DNA of 64,000 bases. Origin: a bacterium (lineage in GTDB: Bacteria > Hinthialibacterota > Hinthialibacteria > Hinthialibacterales > Hinthialibacteraceae). The first letter of the stretch is position 1. Every line of letters starts with the position of its first letter. The notes under the pieces were generated by a model that ran no database searches, was not told where the DNA came from, and was given only the letters and a program-made list of their open reading frames with translations. Positions 27,157 to 38,000 of the stretch are shown here, piece after piece. The translations under genes were made by a program, and so were the position numbers. Where the stretch lies: assembly GCA_963662285.2 (NCBI GenBank), contig CAXXMV010000008.1, positions 672,001 through 736,000 of the forward strand, given 5' to 3'.

Positions 27157-29529
27157 ATGGACAAAAAGGAAGAGTTCCTCAATCGGCTGAGAGAGACATT
27201 CAAGGTAGAAGCGACCGAACGGATGCAGGTATTGACTACTAGCCTGATGGAATTGGAGAAAACGACCAATACGGCAAGGCGGAAGGAACTCATCGAAATC
27301 CTCTTTCGTGAAGTGCATAGCCTGAAAGGATCGGCTCGTTCGGTTGATTTTTCAAGCATAGAACTGATATGTCAGTCTCTTGAGAGCGTATTTCACGCTA
27401 TTAAGGATGGATCGCTAGATTTAACGCCGGCCTTGTTCGATATGCTTCACAATGTCAATGAAACCATTGGAAATCTTATTGCATCTTCCGACAGCCGCAC
27501 GAGTGATATTTCGGAGATTGTGCAAAGTTTGAACAACTGGGTAGCGGGGGATGCCCTTATGGAGCACCAGGAGAAAAAGAGCGGCCTGATTGCTCCCGAG
27601 AAAAAAGAACCACCACCGCTGGCTGAAATGCAAAATTCCATTCAAGAAAATCGAGGTACAGTTGCGGAAATAACATTCAATCCAGCTGTTGATACTGATG
27701 AGTTACCCGATCAAGAGGGGGATTCTGAGCCTAGTAAATCATCCCGGATGGATACGGTCCGAATCTCTACAGCAAAGTTGAATGCTCTTTTTTTGCAAGC
27801 CGAGGAAATGCTGTCGATAAAGCAAACACTGGATCAGCGGTTGACCGATCTCAAGGAGATCGGAGCTGAATTGGAACAGAAGGAAAAGGGATGGAACAAA
27901 ATCCTTCCTGAGATTCATCGTATACAAAAATCTTCCAGCAGCGGGAATGGGCGAAACGGTTGTGAGCAAACCGACTTTCATCCAGAAGAACTAATTAAAT
28001 TTCACCAAGATCACTCTACCCGCTTAAAAGTATTAAACCAACGCTTGAATAAGCTTCGCAAGTCGATAGAGCAAAATCGTAATTCCTTTGGCCGATTGAT
28101 TGACGATCATCTTGATGACATGAAAAAGGCTTTGATGCTTCCGTTTTCTTCGTTACTGGATATTTTCCCCAAACTGGTGAGAGACCTAAGCCGGGACCTG
28201 AAAAAAGATGTGGAATTAGTAAGCAGTGGTGAAAAAATTGAGATAGACAGGCGGATTCTTGAGGAGATGAAGGATCCGCTCATTCATCTGTTACGGAACT
28301 GCATCGATCATGGAATTGAGAAACCGGACGAGCGCGTGCGCCTTGGAAAGCCGCCTTGTGCGGTTGTCACTCTGTCCATATCGCATGTCACGGGCAATCA
28401 AATCGAGATTCTGGTGTCAGACGATGGCGCGGGAATCGACCTGGAGTCTGTGAAAACGGTCGTGGTCAAGCGGGGAATCGTTTCAAAAAAAGAAGCAATG
28501 CATATCAGTCCCCAGGAATTGTTATCAATGATATTCCGGTCGGAAGTCACGACAAGTCCGATGATAACAGATCTATCTGGCCGGGGATTGGGTTTAGCGA
28601 TAGCACGGGAAAAAGTGGAAAAACTCGGAGGACAGATTACGGTAGAGTCGGTTCTTCATACCCGGACTACCTTCCGGATTCTTTTACCTACAACGCTCTC
28701 GACCTTCCGGGGCGTTTTGATCCAAGTATCGGAACGGATGTTTGTCTTGCCCGCTGTAAATGTCGAACGTGTATTGGAAATTGCTCCGAAAGATATTTTA
28801 ACCGTGGAGAATAAGGAGATGATTTCCTTGAGTGGAAAGGCGGTTTGCCTGGTATGGTTGGTGGATGTTCTTGGACTGCCGCGAATCGAGAAGCCCGGAA
28901 AAAGCGTGCGGTCATTTCCAGCAGCTATCGTCGGCCATAAGAACGAGCGGGCCGCTCTGGTTGTGGATGAGGTGTTGCACGAGCAGGTTATGTTAGTAAA
29001 ACAATTGGGGAGACAACTCAAGCGCGTACGCAATATAGAGGGTGTGACAATTCTGGGATCAGGGAAGGTTGTCCCCATTTTGAGCGTTCCTGATTTGATG
29101 AAATCAGTGCAAGAGACAGCCGGTATTTCAAAACACAGTTTCCAAGCGGAAGAAAAACAAAAAAAGCAGAAATCGATTCTGGTGGTTGAAGATTCTATCA
29201 CATCCAGGATGCTTTTGCAAAACATCCTGGAATCGGCTGGGTATGAGGTCAAAACAGCCGTTGATGGGATCGATGCTTTCACGTCTTTGAGAACAGATCA
29301 GTTTGATTTAGTCGTCTCCGATATCGAAATGCCAAGGATGAATGGATTCGATCTGACTGCGAAGATCCGAAGCGATTCCAACTTATCGGCATTGCCGGTT
29401 GTGTTGGTGACCTCCCTTTCATCGCGGGAAGACCGGGAACATGGAATTGATGCAGGCGCCAATGCCTACATCGTGAAAAGCAATTTTGATCAGAGTAATT
29501 TACTAGGCGTCATCAAAAAATTGATTTAA
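27157..29529 (+). CDS. cheA: CheA-receiver hybrid kinase (Hpt-dimer-HATPase-CheW-REC; WspE-like)
   Basis: FREVHSLKGSAR Hpt; HLLRNCIDHGIE; DDGAGID; SGRGLGL; CheW domain; receiver ILVVEDS..SDIEMP. Confidence 0.95.
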   Translation: MDKKEEFLNRLRETFKVEATERMQVLTTSLMELEKTTNTARRKELIEILFREVHSLKGSARSVDFSSIELICQSLESVFHAIKDGSLDLTPALFDMLHNVNETIGNLIASSDSRTSDISEIVQSLNNWVAGDALMEHQEKKSGLIAPEKKEPPPLAEMQNSIQENRGTVAEITFNPAVDTDELPDQEGDSEPSKSSRMDTVRISTAKLNALFLQAEEMLSIKQTLDQRLTDLKEIGAELEQKEKGWNKILPEIHRIQKSSSSGNGRNGCEQTDFHPEELIKFHQDHSTRLKVLNQRLNKLRKSIEQNRNSFGRLIDDHLDDMKKALMLPFSSLLDIFPKLVRDLSRDLKKDVELVSSGEKIEIDRRILEEMKDPLIHLLRNCIDHGIEKPDERVRLGKPPCAVVTLSISHVTGNQIEILVSDDGAGIDLESVKTVVVKRGIVSKKEAMHISPQELLSMIFRSEVTTSPMITDLSGRGLGLAIAREKVEKLGGQITVESVLHTRTTFRILLPTTLSTFRGVLIQVSERMFVLPAVNVERVLEIAPKDILTVENKEMISLSGKAVCLVWLVDVLGLPRIEKPGKSVRSFPAAIVGHKNERAALVVDEVLHEQVMLVKQLGRQLKRVRNIEGVTILGSGKVVPILSVPDLMKSVQETAGISKHSFQAEEKQKKQKSILVVEDSITSRMLLQNILESAGYEVKTAVDGIDAFTSLRTDQFDLVVSDIEMPRMNGFDLTAKIRSDSNLSALPVVLVTSLSSREDREHGIDAGANAYIVKSNFDQSNLLGVIKKLI

Positions 29530-29544
29530 GCACGAGGCGCATTA

Positions 29545-30618
29545 ATGATAAAAGTATTGATTGTTGACGATTCACCGGTAGTGCGTGATTATCTGGCATA
29601 TATCCTGGTTGCGGATCCTGATATAGAGATTGCCGGATTTGCAAAAACCGGAAAAGAAGCTTGTGATTTTGTCCAAAATCACAAGCCGGACATCATCACC
29701 ATGGACATCCAAATGCCCGTCATGAATGGGTATGAGGCCACGCGCTGCATCATGGAATCCAATCCGGTTCCTATTGTTATCGTGAGCGCCAGTTGGGCGC
29801 CTAGCGAAGTCCAAAAGAGTTTTCAATGCATGGACGCTGGAGCCGTTGCTATATTGGAGAAACCCAGAGGGATAGGGTATCCGGGCTTTGAGGAATCAAG
29901 CAAAGAACTCATTCAAACCGTTAAATTGATGTCCGAAGTAAAGGTTGTACGCCGATGGCCCAAGAAACAACAAACCAATGCAGCAGTTTCCCGTGTTTCC
30001 ATGGATCAATTGGAGCGGTCTAAGACGGATATAAAAATCGTTGCTATCGGCGCCTCGACAGGAGGACCGAATGCCGTCAAAACCATTCTTTCGGGACTTA
30101 AAAAAAATTTCCCGGTTCCCATCGTTCTCGTCCAGCACATCTCCCCCGGTTTTCTTCCCGGTATGACCGAATGGCTCGATCAAAACAGTGAATTATCCAT
30201 TCAGATAGCCGCTCAGGGTGTATCGATGCAACCGGGGAACGTTTATATCGCTCCCGATGATCACCATATGGGTGTGACATTGGGTGGGCGGATCGTTCTT
30301 AATCAGGATGAGAAGGAATGTTTGCTCCGCCCTTCGGTATCGTATCTATTCCGTTCGGTCACCAACGTTTACGGGAAAAATGCGGCGGGAATTCTGCTGA
30401 CCGGCATGGGGAGAGACGGGGCGGATGAATTGAATCTGATGAAAGAAAAAGGGGCGGTCACCATGGCCCAGGACCAGGAAAGTTCGGTTGTTTTCGGAAT
30501 GCCGGGTGAGGCAGTCAAACTGGGTGCGGCGAAGTATGTGTTACCACCGAATCAAATTGTATTGATGCTTGAAAAATTATTGCTGGACAACGTATCACCA
30601 GAACATAATCCAGCGTGA
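29545..30618 (+). CDS. cheB: Chemotaxis response regulator methylesterase CheB
   Basis: Receiver VLIVDDS..MDIQMP; IGASTGG, VQHI, RPSV, LTGMGRDG, SSVVFGMP. Confidence 0.96.
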   Translation: MIKVLIVDDSPVVRDYLAYILVADPDIEIAGFAKTGKEACDFVQNHKPDIITMDIQMPVMNGYEATRCIMESNPVPIVIVSASWAPSEVQKSFQCMDAGAVAILEKPRGIGYPGFEESSKELIQTVKLMSEVKVVRRWPKKQQTNAAVSRVSMDQLERSKTDIKIVAIGASTGGPNAVKTILSGLKKNFPVPIVLVQHISPGFLPGMTEWLDQNSELSIQIAAQGVSMQPGNVYIAPDDHHMGVTLGGRIVLNQDEKECLLRPSVSYLFRSVTNVYGKNAAGILLTGMGRDGADELNLMKEKGAVTMAQDQESSVVFGMPGEAVKLGAAKYVLPPNQIVLMLEKLLLDNVSPEHNPA

Positions 30619-30680
30619 GATAGCAGAAGAAATTTCATTCATTTCTGCAAAAGACAGATCGCATGGTATTTCTCTAATAA

Positions 30681-33488
30681 TTGGAGATGAAAAGAATGAA
30701 CATTATGAATCCAAACGGTATGATACAACATGATGAAGTAACAATCTTAATCGTTGAAGATAGTTCAACCCAGGCTGCGTTGTTGCAATTCATATTGGAA
30801 GAACATGGATTCACAGTTGCAGCGGCCTCGAATGGTAAAAAGGCTTTAACGTATGCCCGCGAGAAGAAACCCGCTCTGATCATCAGTGATATTGTTATGC
30901 CAGAGATGGATGGATACGAGATGTGCCGCGCAATTAAAACCTGCGAAGCCACTCAGCGCATCCCCGTAATCTTATTGACCACCTTATCAGATCCGCTGGA
31001 TATCATTCGTGGATTAGAAGCCATGTGCGATGACTATAATATCAAACCGTTTGATGAAGATTATCTTTTGTCTCAAATCGATTATTTCTTGAAAAATCCC
31101 ATTCAGCCGGAGAAATACGCAACACCACAGCAATTCGAATTCACCTATCTGAATGTAAAGCATGTTCTTCATTCAGATCCTGAGCGTATATTAAAACTAT
31201 TACTTTCGACATATGAAAATACCATATTACAAAATAACGAGTTGAAACGCACGAAGTCCGAAGTTCAGAAACTTAACTGTCTCAATGAAAAAAAGATTAT
31301 GGAGTTGCATGTCTCCGAAGACCGCTTCAAAACCCTGGTGATGACGATCCCCGACATCGTATACAAGATTGATGAGCGGGGTATCTTTACGTTCGTAAAT
31401 GATTCGGTCAAACATCTGGGGTATACGCCGGAGGAAATCATCGGTCGGCATTTTAGCGAATTTATCTACCCGGACGATGTGGAATCAGTCAGCCGGGAAT
31501 CGGTCTTATCGCAATACTGGGGGAAGAAGACGGGAGATGCCAATGCTCCCAAATTATTTGACGAGCGAAGAACGGGGGAACGAAGAACGAGTGGTCTGGT
31601 GATCCGGATTTTGCAGAAGGATGGGGGGAAATTAATTCCGGCTTTAATCGATACCTTAAGCAAAGATCATATTATCGCTGAAATCAATAGTTCCGGTTCG
31701 TATGAAATTAATCCTGCGACGAATCATCAAGCATTCATCGGTACGGTTGGCGTCATACGGGACATCACCGAACGGAAACAGTACGAGGATCAAATTCTTT
31801 TTCAAGGCAGTTTGCTGGAATCTATCAGCGAATCCTCTCGAGAGGGAATGCTGATTGTATCAAATGAGATGGAAATTATATCTTACAATAAGCGGTTTAT
31901 TGAAATGTTTCAGATAGATGATGTGGATATCAAGGGTCAACAAGGTCCGGAATTATTTTCCTGGATACAAAAACAACTAATCGAACCGGAATTGTTCTCC
32001 AAAAGTGTAATACACCTGCAAGAGCACAAGGGAGAGCAGTTCCTTTTTGAACTGCAACTGAAGAATGGCGTTTTCTGGGATTGTTACTCTTCTTCCATTG
32101 AAGGAAAAGATAATACTTATTATGGCCGGGGATGGTACTTTCTTGATATAACCGGGCGTAAGAGGTCGGAACAAGCCCTTGAGAGATACCGGGATCATCT
32201 TGAGGATTTGATTATAGAACGCACTGCCGAAATTCAAGAAGTCAATCAAAAAATTAAAAAAGAAATGATGGAGCGGGAACAGGCGGAAGAATATCTCCGC
32301 CAATCCCAGAAGATGGAAGCGATTGGACGACTGGCTGGGGGAGTGGCCCATGACTTCAACAATCTGATTATGGCCATCAAGGGATATGCTAAGTTTGCAA
32401 TCGAAAGAGTGGGACAGGAACATCCCGTGCAAGAGGATCTCCAAGAGATACTTAATGCAGGCGAGCGGGGTTCCCAATTAACCCGGCAGCTTCTGGCGTT
32501 TAGCCGGAGGCAAGTAGCGCATGTGGATAATCTAAATTTAAATCAGGTCATTGAGAACATGAAAAAAATGCTGCAACGCCTGATAGGAGAACATGTAGAA
32601 CTCATGACGGTTCTAGACCCTTCGTTGGGAAATGTGAAAGCCGATACCGGACTCATGGAGCAAGTGCTTTTGAATTTGTCGATCAATGCACGGGATGCGA
32701 TGCCGGAAGGCGGTCGGTTGACAATCGAAACTGCGAATATCGAAATAAACCGGGAGGATGTCAGTCATTTTCAGGGAGTAGTAAATCCTGGCCAGTATAT
32801 CATCCTGCGAGTATGCGATTCAGGAACGGGAATGAATCCAGAGACCCTGTCACGGTTGTTTGAGCCTTTTTATACAACCAAGGAAATGGGATATGGGACG
32901 GGGCTGGGTCTGGCGACGGTATATGGCATTATCCAACAAAACAACGGAGACATTCAAGTGCAAAGCCAACTGGATGAAGGATCAACCTTCACTATCTATC
33001 TGCCCAGATCCAGTGATCCAGATTTCATTCAGGAAGAACAACCCCAACGCGTCAGTCTGACTTCTGAAGGTGAAACAGTTCTACTTGTGGAGGATGATGC
33101 ATCCGTTCGTTCAGTAGTAAACAGAACATTACAATCCAAGGGCTATTCAGTTCTAGTTGCAGAAAATGGAGAAATGGGTCTCAAAATAAGCAATCAATAC
33201 GAAGATAAAATTCATGTCGTAATAAGCGATATAATCATGCCCCAAATGGGCGGCCCCGAAATGATTAAACAAATAATTATGGAAAGACCGGATATCAAGG
33301 TGCTTTTCATGTCGGGATATCCTGGAGATGTCATCACTAAAAAAGGCTCCTTGAGAATATCTACGAATTTTATACAGAAACCCGTCGATCCGGATAAACT
33401 CATTACTAAAGTGCAGGAGATTCTTTGCTCGACATCTTCTGAACCTTGCACTTCAACACTGGATACATTTACCAATGGGGAAGAATAA
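30681..33488 (+). CDS. Hybrid kinase REC-PAS-PAS-HisKA-HATPase-REC
   Basis: ILIVEDS..SDIVMP; PAS; AGGVAHDFNN; NARDAM; GTGLGL; C-terminal receiver. Exact start uncertain (several nearby ATGs). Confidence 0.92.
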   Translation: MEMKRMNIMNPNGMIQHDEVTILIVEDSSTQAALLQFILEEHGFTVAAASNGKKALTYAREKKPALIISDIVMPEMDGYEMCRAIKTCEATQRIPVILLTTLSDPLDIIRGLEAMCDDYNIKPFDEDYLLSQIDYFLKNPIQPEKYATPQQFEFTYLNVKHVLHSDPERILKLLLSTYENTILQNNELKRTKSEVQKLNCLNEKKIMELHVSEDRFKTLVMTIPDIVYKIDERGIFTFVNDSVKHLGYTPEEIIGRHFSEFIYPDDVESVSRESVLSQYWGKKTGDANAPKLFDERRTGERRTSGLVIRILQKDGGKLIPALIDTLSKDHIIAEINSSGSYEINPATNHQAFIGTVGVIRDITERKQYEDQILFQGSLLESISESSREGMLIVSNEMEIISYNKRFIEMFQIDDVDIKGQQGPELFSWIQKQLIEPELFSKSVIHLQEHKGEQFLFELQLKNGVFWDCYSSSIEGKDNTYYGRGWYFLDITGRKRSEQALERYRDHLEDLIIERTAEIQEVNQKIKKEMMEREQAEEYLRQSQKMEAIGRLAGGVAHDFNNLIMAIKGYAKFAIERVGQEHPVQEDLQEILNAGERGSQLTRQLLAFSRRQVAHVDNLNLNQVIENMKKMLQRLIGEHVELMTVLDPSLGNVKADTGLMEQVLLNLSINARDAMPEGGRLTIETANIEINREDVSHFQGVVNPGQYIILRVCDSGTGMNPETLSRLFEPFYTTKEMGYGTGLGLATVYGIIQQNNGDIQVQSQLDEGSTFTIYLPRSSDPDFIQEEQPQRVSLTSEGETVLLVEDDASVRSVVNRTLQSKGYSVLVAENGEMGLKISNQYEDKIHVVISDIIMPQMGGPEMIKQIIMERPDIKVLFMSGYPGDVITKKGSLRISTNFIQKPVDPDKLITKVQEILCSTSSEPCTSTLDTFTNGEE

Positions 33489-33563
33489 AACTGTCAATAG
33501 AAAAACGTATTTGGAAAAATTGTCACTTGCGCCTCTATACAATAGGCAAGGATAGAAAAAATC

Positions 33564-34961
33564 ATGACGTATCATGTACTCATTGCAGACGATCAGGAAT
33601 TAATTCGAAAACTGGTGCAACGAACCTGTTTGGAATTGGGGTGGACTATCGATCAGGCAGCCAGCGGTTACGAAGCGCTGGAGATTATGAAAACCAGGCC
33701 GCATCAGGTGTTTATATTGGACGTCAAGATGCCAGGTCCCTCGGGTATTGAATTGGCGCGGGAAATTTTGAAACATGAAAACTCTCCGGCGATCTTGATT
33801 ATGACCGGATACGCGGAAGTAGGGGACGCTGTCCAGGCTATCAAGGAAGGGATTTATAACTATGTCCAGAAAGATAATATTGATCCGACGGATTTAAGAC
33901 GCATGCTGAGACAAGCAGCAGAGTATCATGACGCCTGCGTACGAAGCCAGGAAGCGGAGCGGGAACGGGAAAAAACAGTTGATAATATCGAGGCGGTCAA
34001 TAAACAATTCCGCTCGCTTCTCGAACTCAGCGGCGATTTGATCCTGCTTTTCGATGTACGCCTGAATCAGATAGTCGATTGTAATGCAGCGGCTTGTGAA
34101 CAAACAAAATACTCCCGCGAAGAATTACTGACCCTTTCCTTGTCCGATATTGACGTCGATCTAACCGATACGGGATGGATTGACATAGTTCAAGATGTAC
34201 GAATCCAAAATCCGTACATGATTGAACGGGTATTTCAGACGGCCCAAGGAGATTTGTTTCCGGTCGAATTATCATTCGCACACATCGCTCTAAAATCCGG
34301 GGAATATATTTCGATTGTTGGCCGTGATATCACGGAACGTAAATTGGCCGAAGAAGAGCGAAAAACTTTCAACCAGAAATTGCACAGTTCATTAATGCAA
34401 ACGATACAAACAGTATCGCTGGCTCTGGAAAAACGAGACCCCTATACCGCCGGCCATCAGCATCGGGTAACGCAAATAGCGTTAGCCATCGCGAATGAAA
34501 TGCACGCGCCAACTGAGGAACTCAACGGGATTCGTTTGGGAGGAATGGTTCACGACATCGGAAAAATCTACATCCCATCAGAAATTCTGACCCGTCCCGG
34601 AAAATTAACTGACATCGAATTCATGATGATTAAAACGCATGCCCAAGTCGGATATGACATATTGAAGGAAGTTGATTTTCCCTGGCCGATTGCGCAAATG
34701 GTATTGCAACATCACGAACGGTTGGATGGATCGGGATATCCACAAGGTTTACAGGGAAATGAAATTTTGCAGGAGGCGAAAATTCTAGCTGTAGCCGATG
34801 TGGTGGAAGCCATGGCATCCCACCGACCCTACCGGTCCGCCCTGGGAATGGAAAAAGCGCTTGAGGAAATCAAGAAGAATAAGGGAGTATTTTACGATCC
34901 AGAGGTGGTTGATATCTGTTGCCAAATAATGGAAAACAATGATTTCATTTTTCAGGCATGA
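33564..34961 (+). CDS. REC-PAS-HD-GYP protein (putative cyclic-dinucleotide phosphodiesterase)
   Basis: VLIADDQ..LDVKMP; RDPYTAGHQHRV; HDIGKI; HHERLDGSGYP; VADVVEAMASHRPYR. Confidence 0.93.
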   Translation: MTYHVLIADDQELIRKLVQRTCLELGWTIDQAASGYEALEIMKTRPHQVFILDVKMPGPSGIELAREILKHENSPAILIMTGYAEVGDAVQAIKEGIYNYVQKDNIDPTDLRRMLRQAAEYHDACVRSQEAEREREKTVDNIEAVNKQFRSLLELSGDLILLFDVRLNQIVDCNAAACEQTKYSREELLTLSLSDIDVDLTDTGWIDIVQDVRIQNPYMIERVFQTAQGDLFPVELSFAHIALKSGEYISIVGRDITERKLAEEERKTFNQKLHSSLMQTIQTVSLALEKRDPYTAGHQHRVTQIALAIANEMHAPTEELNGIRLGGMVHDIGKIYIPSEILTRPGKLTDIEFMMIKTHAQVGYDILKEVDFPWPIAQMVLQHHERLDGSGYPQGLQGNEILQEAKILAVADVVEAMASHRPYRSALGMEKALEEIKKNKGVFYDPEVVDICCQIMENNDFIFQA

Positions 34962-35074
34962 AACATCTTGTTTTGTGAAGCATAGTGATTGTATTTATTG
35001 TTTGTAATAATTATATAGCAGTCGGCAGTATAAATAGAGCTGTTCAATATAGTCGATGATAAAGGAATTAGGAC

Positions 35075-38000
35075 ATGAAATCCATGAATGTTAATCATAT
35101 TGAAAAGATCACAATCCAGGTCGTGGAAGATAGCCCGACGCAGTCGGAGAGATTGAAATATTTATTGGAGGAGCATGGATTCCACGTCAGAATAGCATGC
35201 AGCTGCGAGGAAGGTTTAACCCAAATAAAACTGCAAAAACCAAACCTGATACTCTGCGATATTGTCATGCCTGGAATGGATGGTTATGAATTTTGCCACG
35301 CCATCAAAACGAATGACGAGTTGAAGGCGATTCCCGTGATCCTTCTGACAAGGTTGTCGGATCCGGTCGATATTATTCGCGGACTTGAAGTGATGTCGGA
35401 CGACTATGTAATAAAACCATACGATGATAGTTCTCTTCTTTCAAAGATTGAAAAATGGCTCTATACGTCTGCTTCCTTAGGAATCCAGGTAGAGGAAGAT
35501 TGTTGCAAAGTAAATCTTGGCGGTACTGACTATTCGATCCATTCATCCCGGCAGCAGATGTTGAACGTTCTTCTTTCCACATACGAAAACGCGATTAATA
35601 AGAATCGAGAATTGATAAAAACACAATCAGAACTATCGACTCTCAATCAAAAACTCGAAGGGACAATCCGAGAATTGCAGGTTTCCGAAGACCGGTTTGT
35701 AACTCTGGTTATGACCATCCCCGATATCGTGTACAAACTTGACGAAAAAGGGCGTTTTACCTTTATCAACAATGCTGTCTGTTCGCTGGGATACACGCCG
35801 GAAGAACTGATAGGAGTGCATTTTAGTACGATCGTCAAGCCAGAGGATGCCGATGGAGTGAGCCGTGTTTCTGTTTTGTCTCAACTCGAAGGGAGAGAAA
35901 CGGGTGATGATCGATCGCCGCAGTTATTTGATGAAAGAAGAACGGGCGATAGAAAAACGACGGATTTGGAAGTCCGTATCGTTTGCAAAAATCCAAAAGA
36001 AAAACGGCAAGAAATTTTTGAGCCTCTTAACCAGGATTATATCATTGCGAAAATCAGAAGTTCCGGATTATATGAATTGAATCCCGATACGAATAACAGG
36101 GTGGTGTTTGGTACGGTTGGAGTGATCCACAACATCACGGAACTCAAGCGGATCCAAAGAGAATTACAGCAATCGCATGACGAATTAGAAATACGGATTC
36201 AGAAACGGACTACCGATTTGGTGCGGGTCAACAAGACTTTGAAATCAGAGATATCTATACGCGAGCAAATAGAAGAACAACAAAATTTAATATCCCGCAT
36301 ACTGTCGATACTCAATCAGCCCTACCAAAGTACAAAAGCCATTGAACAAATACTTTTCTTGATTAAAGAGCACATGGGGATTGAAGCGGTTGGTATTCGT
36401 CTGCGTGAGGGAGAGGATTTCCCCTATTATGTGACCAGTGGTTTTTCGGAGAATTTCATAAAGGCGGAAAGATATCTTTGTTCCCATGATTCAGATGGAG
36501 AAATGATTCGTGATTCACAAGGTAATCCTTATCTCGAATGTATGTGCGGCAATATCCTCTGCGGACGAACCAATCCATCGTTGCCTTTCTTTACCAGGAA
36601 TGGCAGTTTCTGGACAAACGATACAACAGAATTGTTGGCTTCCACATCGGAGATAGAACGCCAAACGCGAACCCGAAATAAATGTAATTCCGAAGGATAT
36701 CAATCCGTCGCTCTAATCCCGTTACGGTCGGGCAAATTAATCATAGGGCTGCTGCAACTAAACGATCACAAACCCAACCGGTTTGATGGCAAAAGTATAG
36801 CATTTTTAGAGGAAGTAGGTTTCAGTATTGGAGTCGCACTATCGCGCAAGCAGAGGGAAGAGGTTATTCAAAAAAATGAAGCGCTTTATCGAACATTAAT
36901 CGACTCGCTTCCTCAATATATTTTTCTAAAAAATGATCAATATGAATTCGTATCTGTTAATAGTAGTTTTTGTGATTTACTCGGTATGAAGGCCGATGAC
37001 ATCCTGGGGAAAACAGATCATGACTTATTCTCCAAAACATTAGCGGATAAATACCGGGATGACGATCAAAGAGTTTTTGAAACGGGAGAAATGCAGGAGC
37101 TGATCGAAGAAAATATAGTTGGCGATAATAAAAAATGGGTTGAGGTCGTGAAGGTGCCTATCAAGAATGCTGACGGGCTGGTTACCGGTGTTTTAGGCAT
37201 CTTCTGGGATATCACCGAACGCAAAAATCTGGAAGAACAACTCCGGCAGTCCCAGAAGATGGAAGCGATCGGCCAGTTAGCGGGGGGCATCGCCCACGAT
37301 TTCAACAACCTGCTAATGGTCATCAAAGGAAACTGCTCGTTTGCATCTCAAGGATTGGATCCGGAGGATGCCCGTTTCAAGGATATTGAAGACATCAAGT
37401 TAGCTGCAGAACATGCAACCGCTCTCACAAGACAACTTCTGGCTTTCAGCCGCAGACAGGTGCTGCAACCTGTGGTTCTTTCTATCAACGATCTTCTAGT
37501 AAATATGGACAAAATGCTTCGTCGCCTTATCGGTGAAGATATCGTTCTTGAAACCATTTCAAATCCTTCATTAGGTTTCGTCAAAGCTGATCCCGGACAG
37601 ATTGAACAGATTGTTATGAATTTGGCAGTCAACGCTCGTGACGCCATGCCTAATGGAGGTAGGCTCACCTTCGAGACGGCGAATATAACTTTTGATAAAA
37701 ATTATATACACAACCACCAGGACGCGCTTCTTGGCTCCTATGTCATGTTGGCCGTGAGCGACACGGGGTGCGGCATGGATGAAAAAACCAAAGAACGCAT
37801 ATTTGAACCTTTCTACACCACCAAAGAGATGGGAAAAGGAACCGGTCTGGGGCTTGCCACTATATACGGAATTGTGAAACAGAGTGAAGGTTGTATCTAT
37901 GTGTATAGCGAGTTGGGAAAAGGAACAACTTTTAAGGTATATCTGCCTCGCATAGAAGAAGGCATAGAAATCCGAAAAGAATTTCGTTCCGAAGGTTCCT

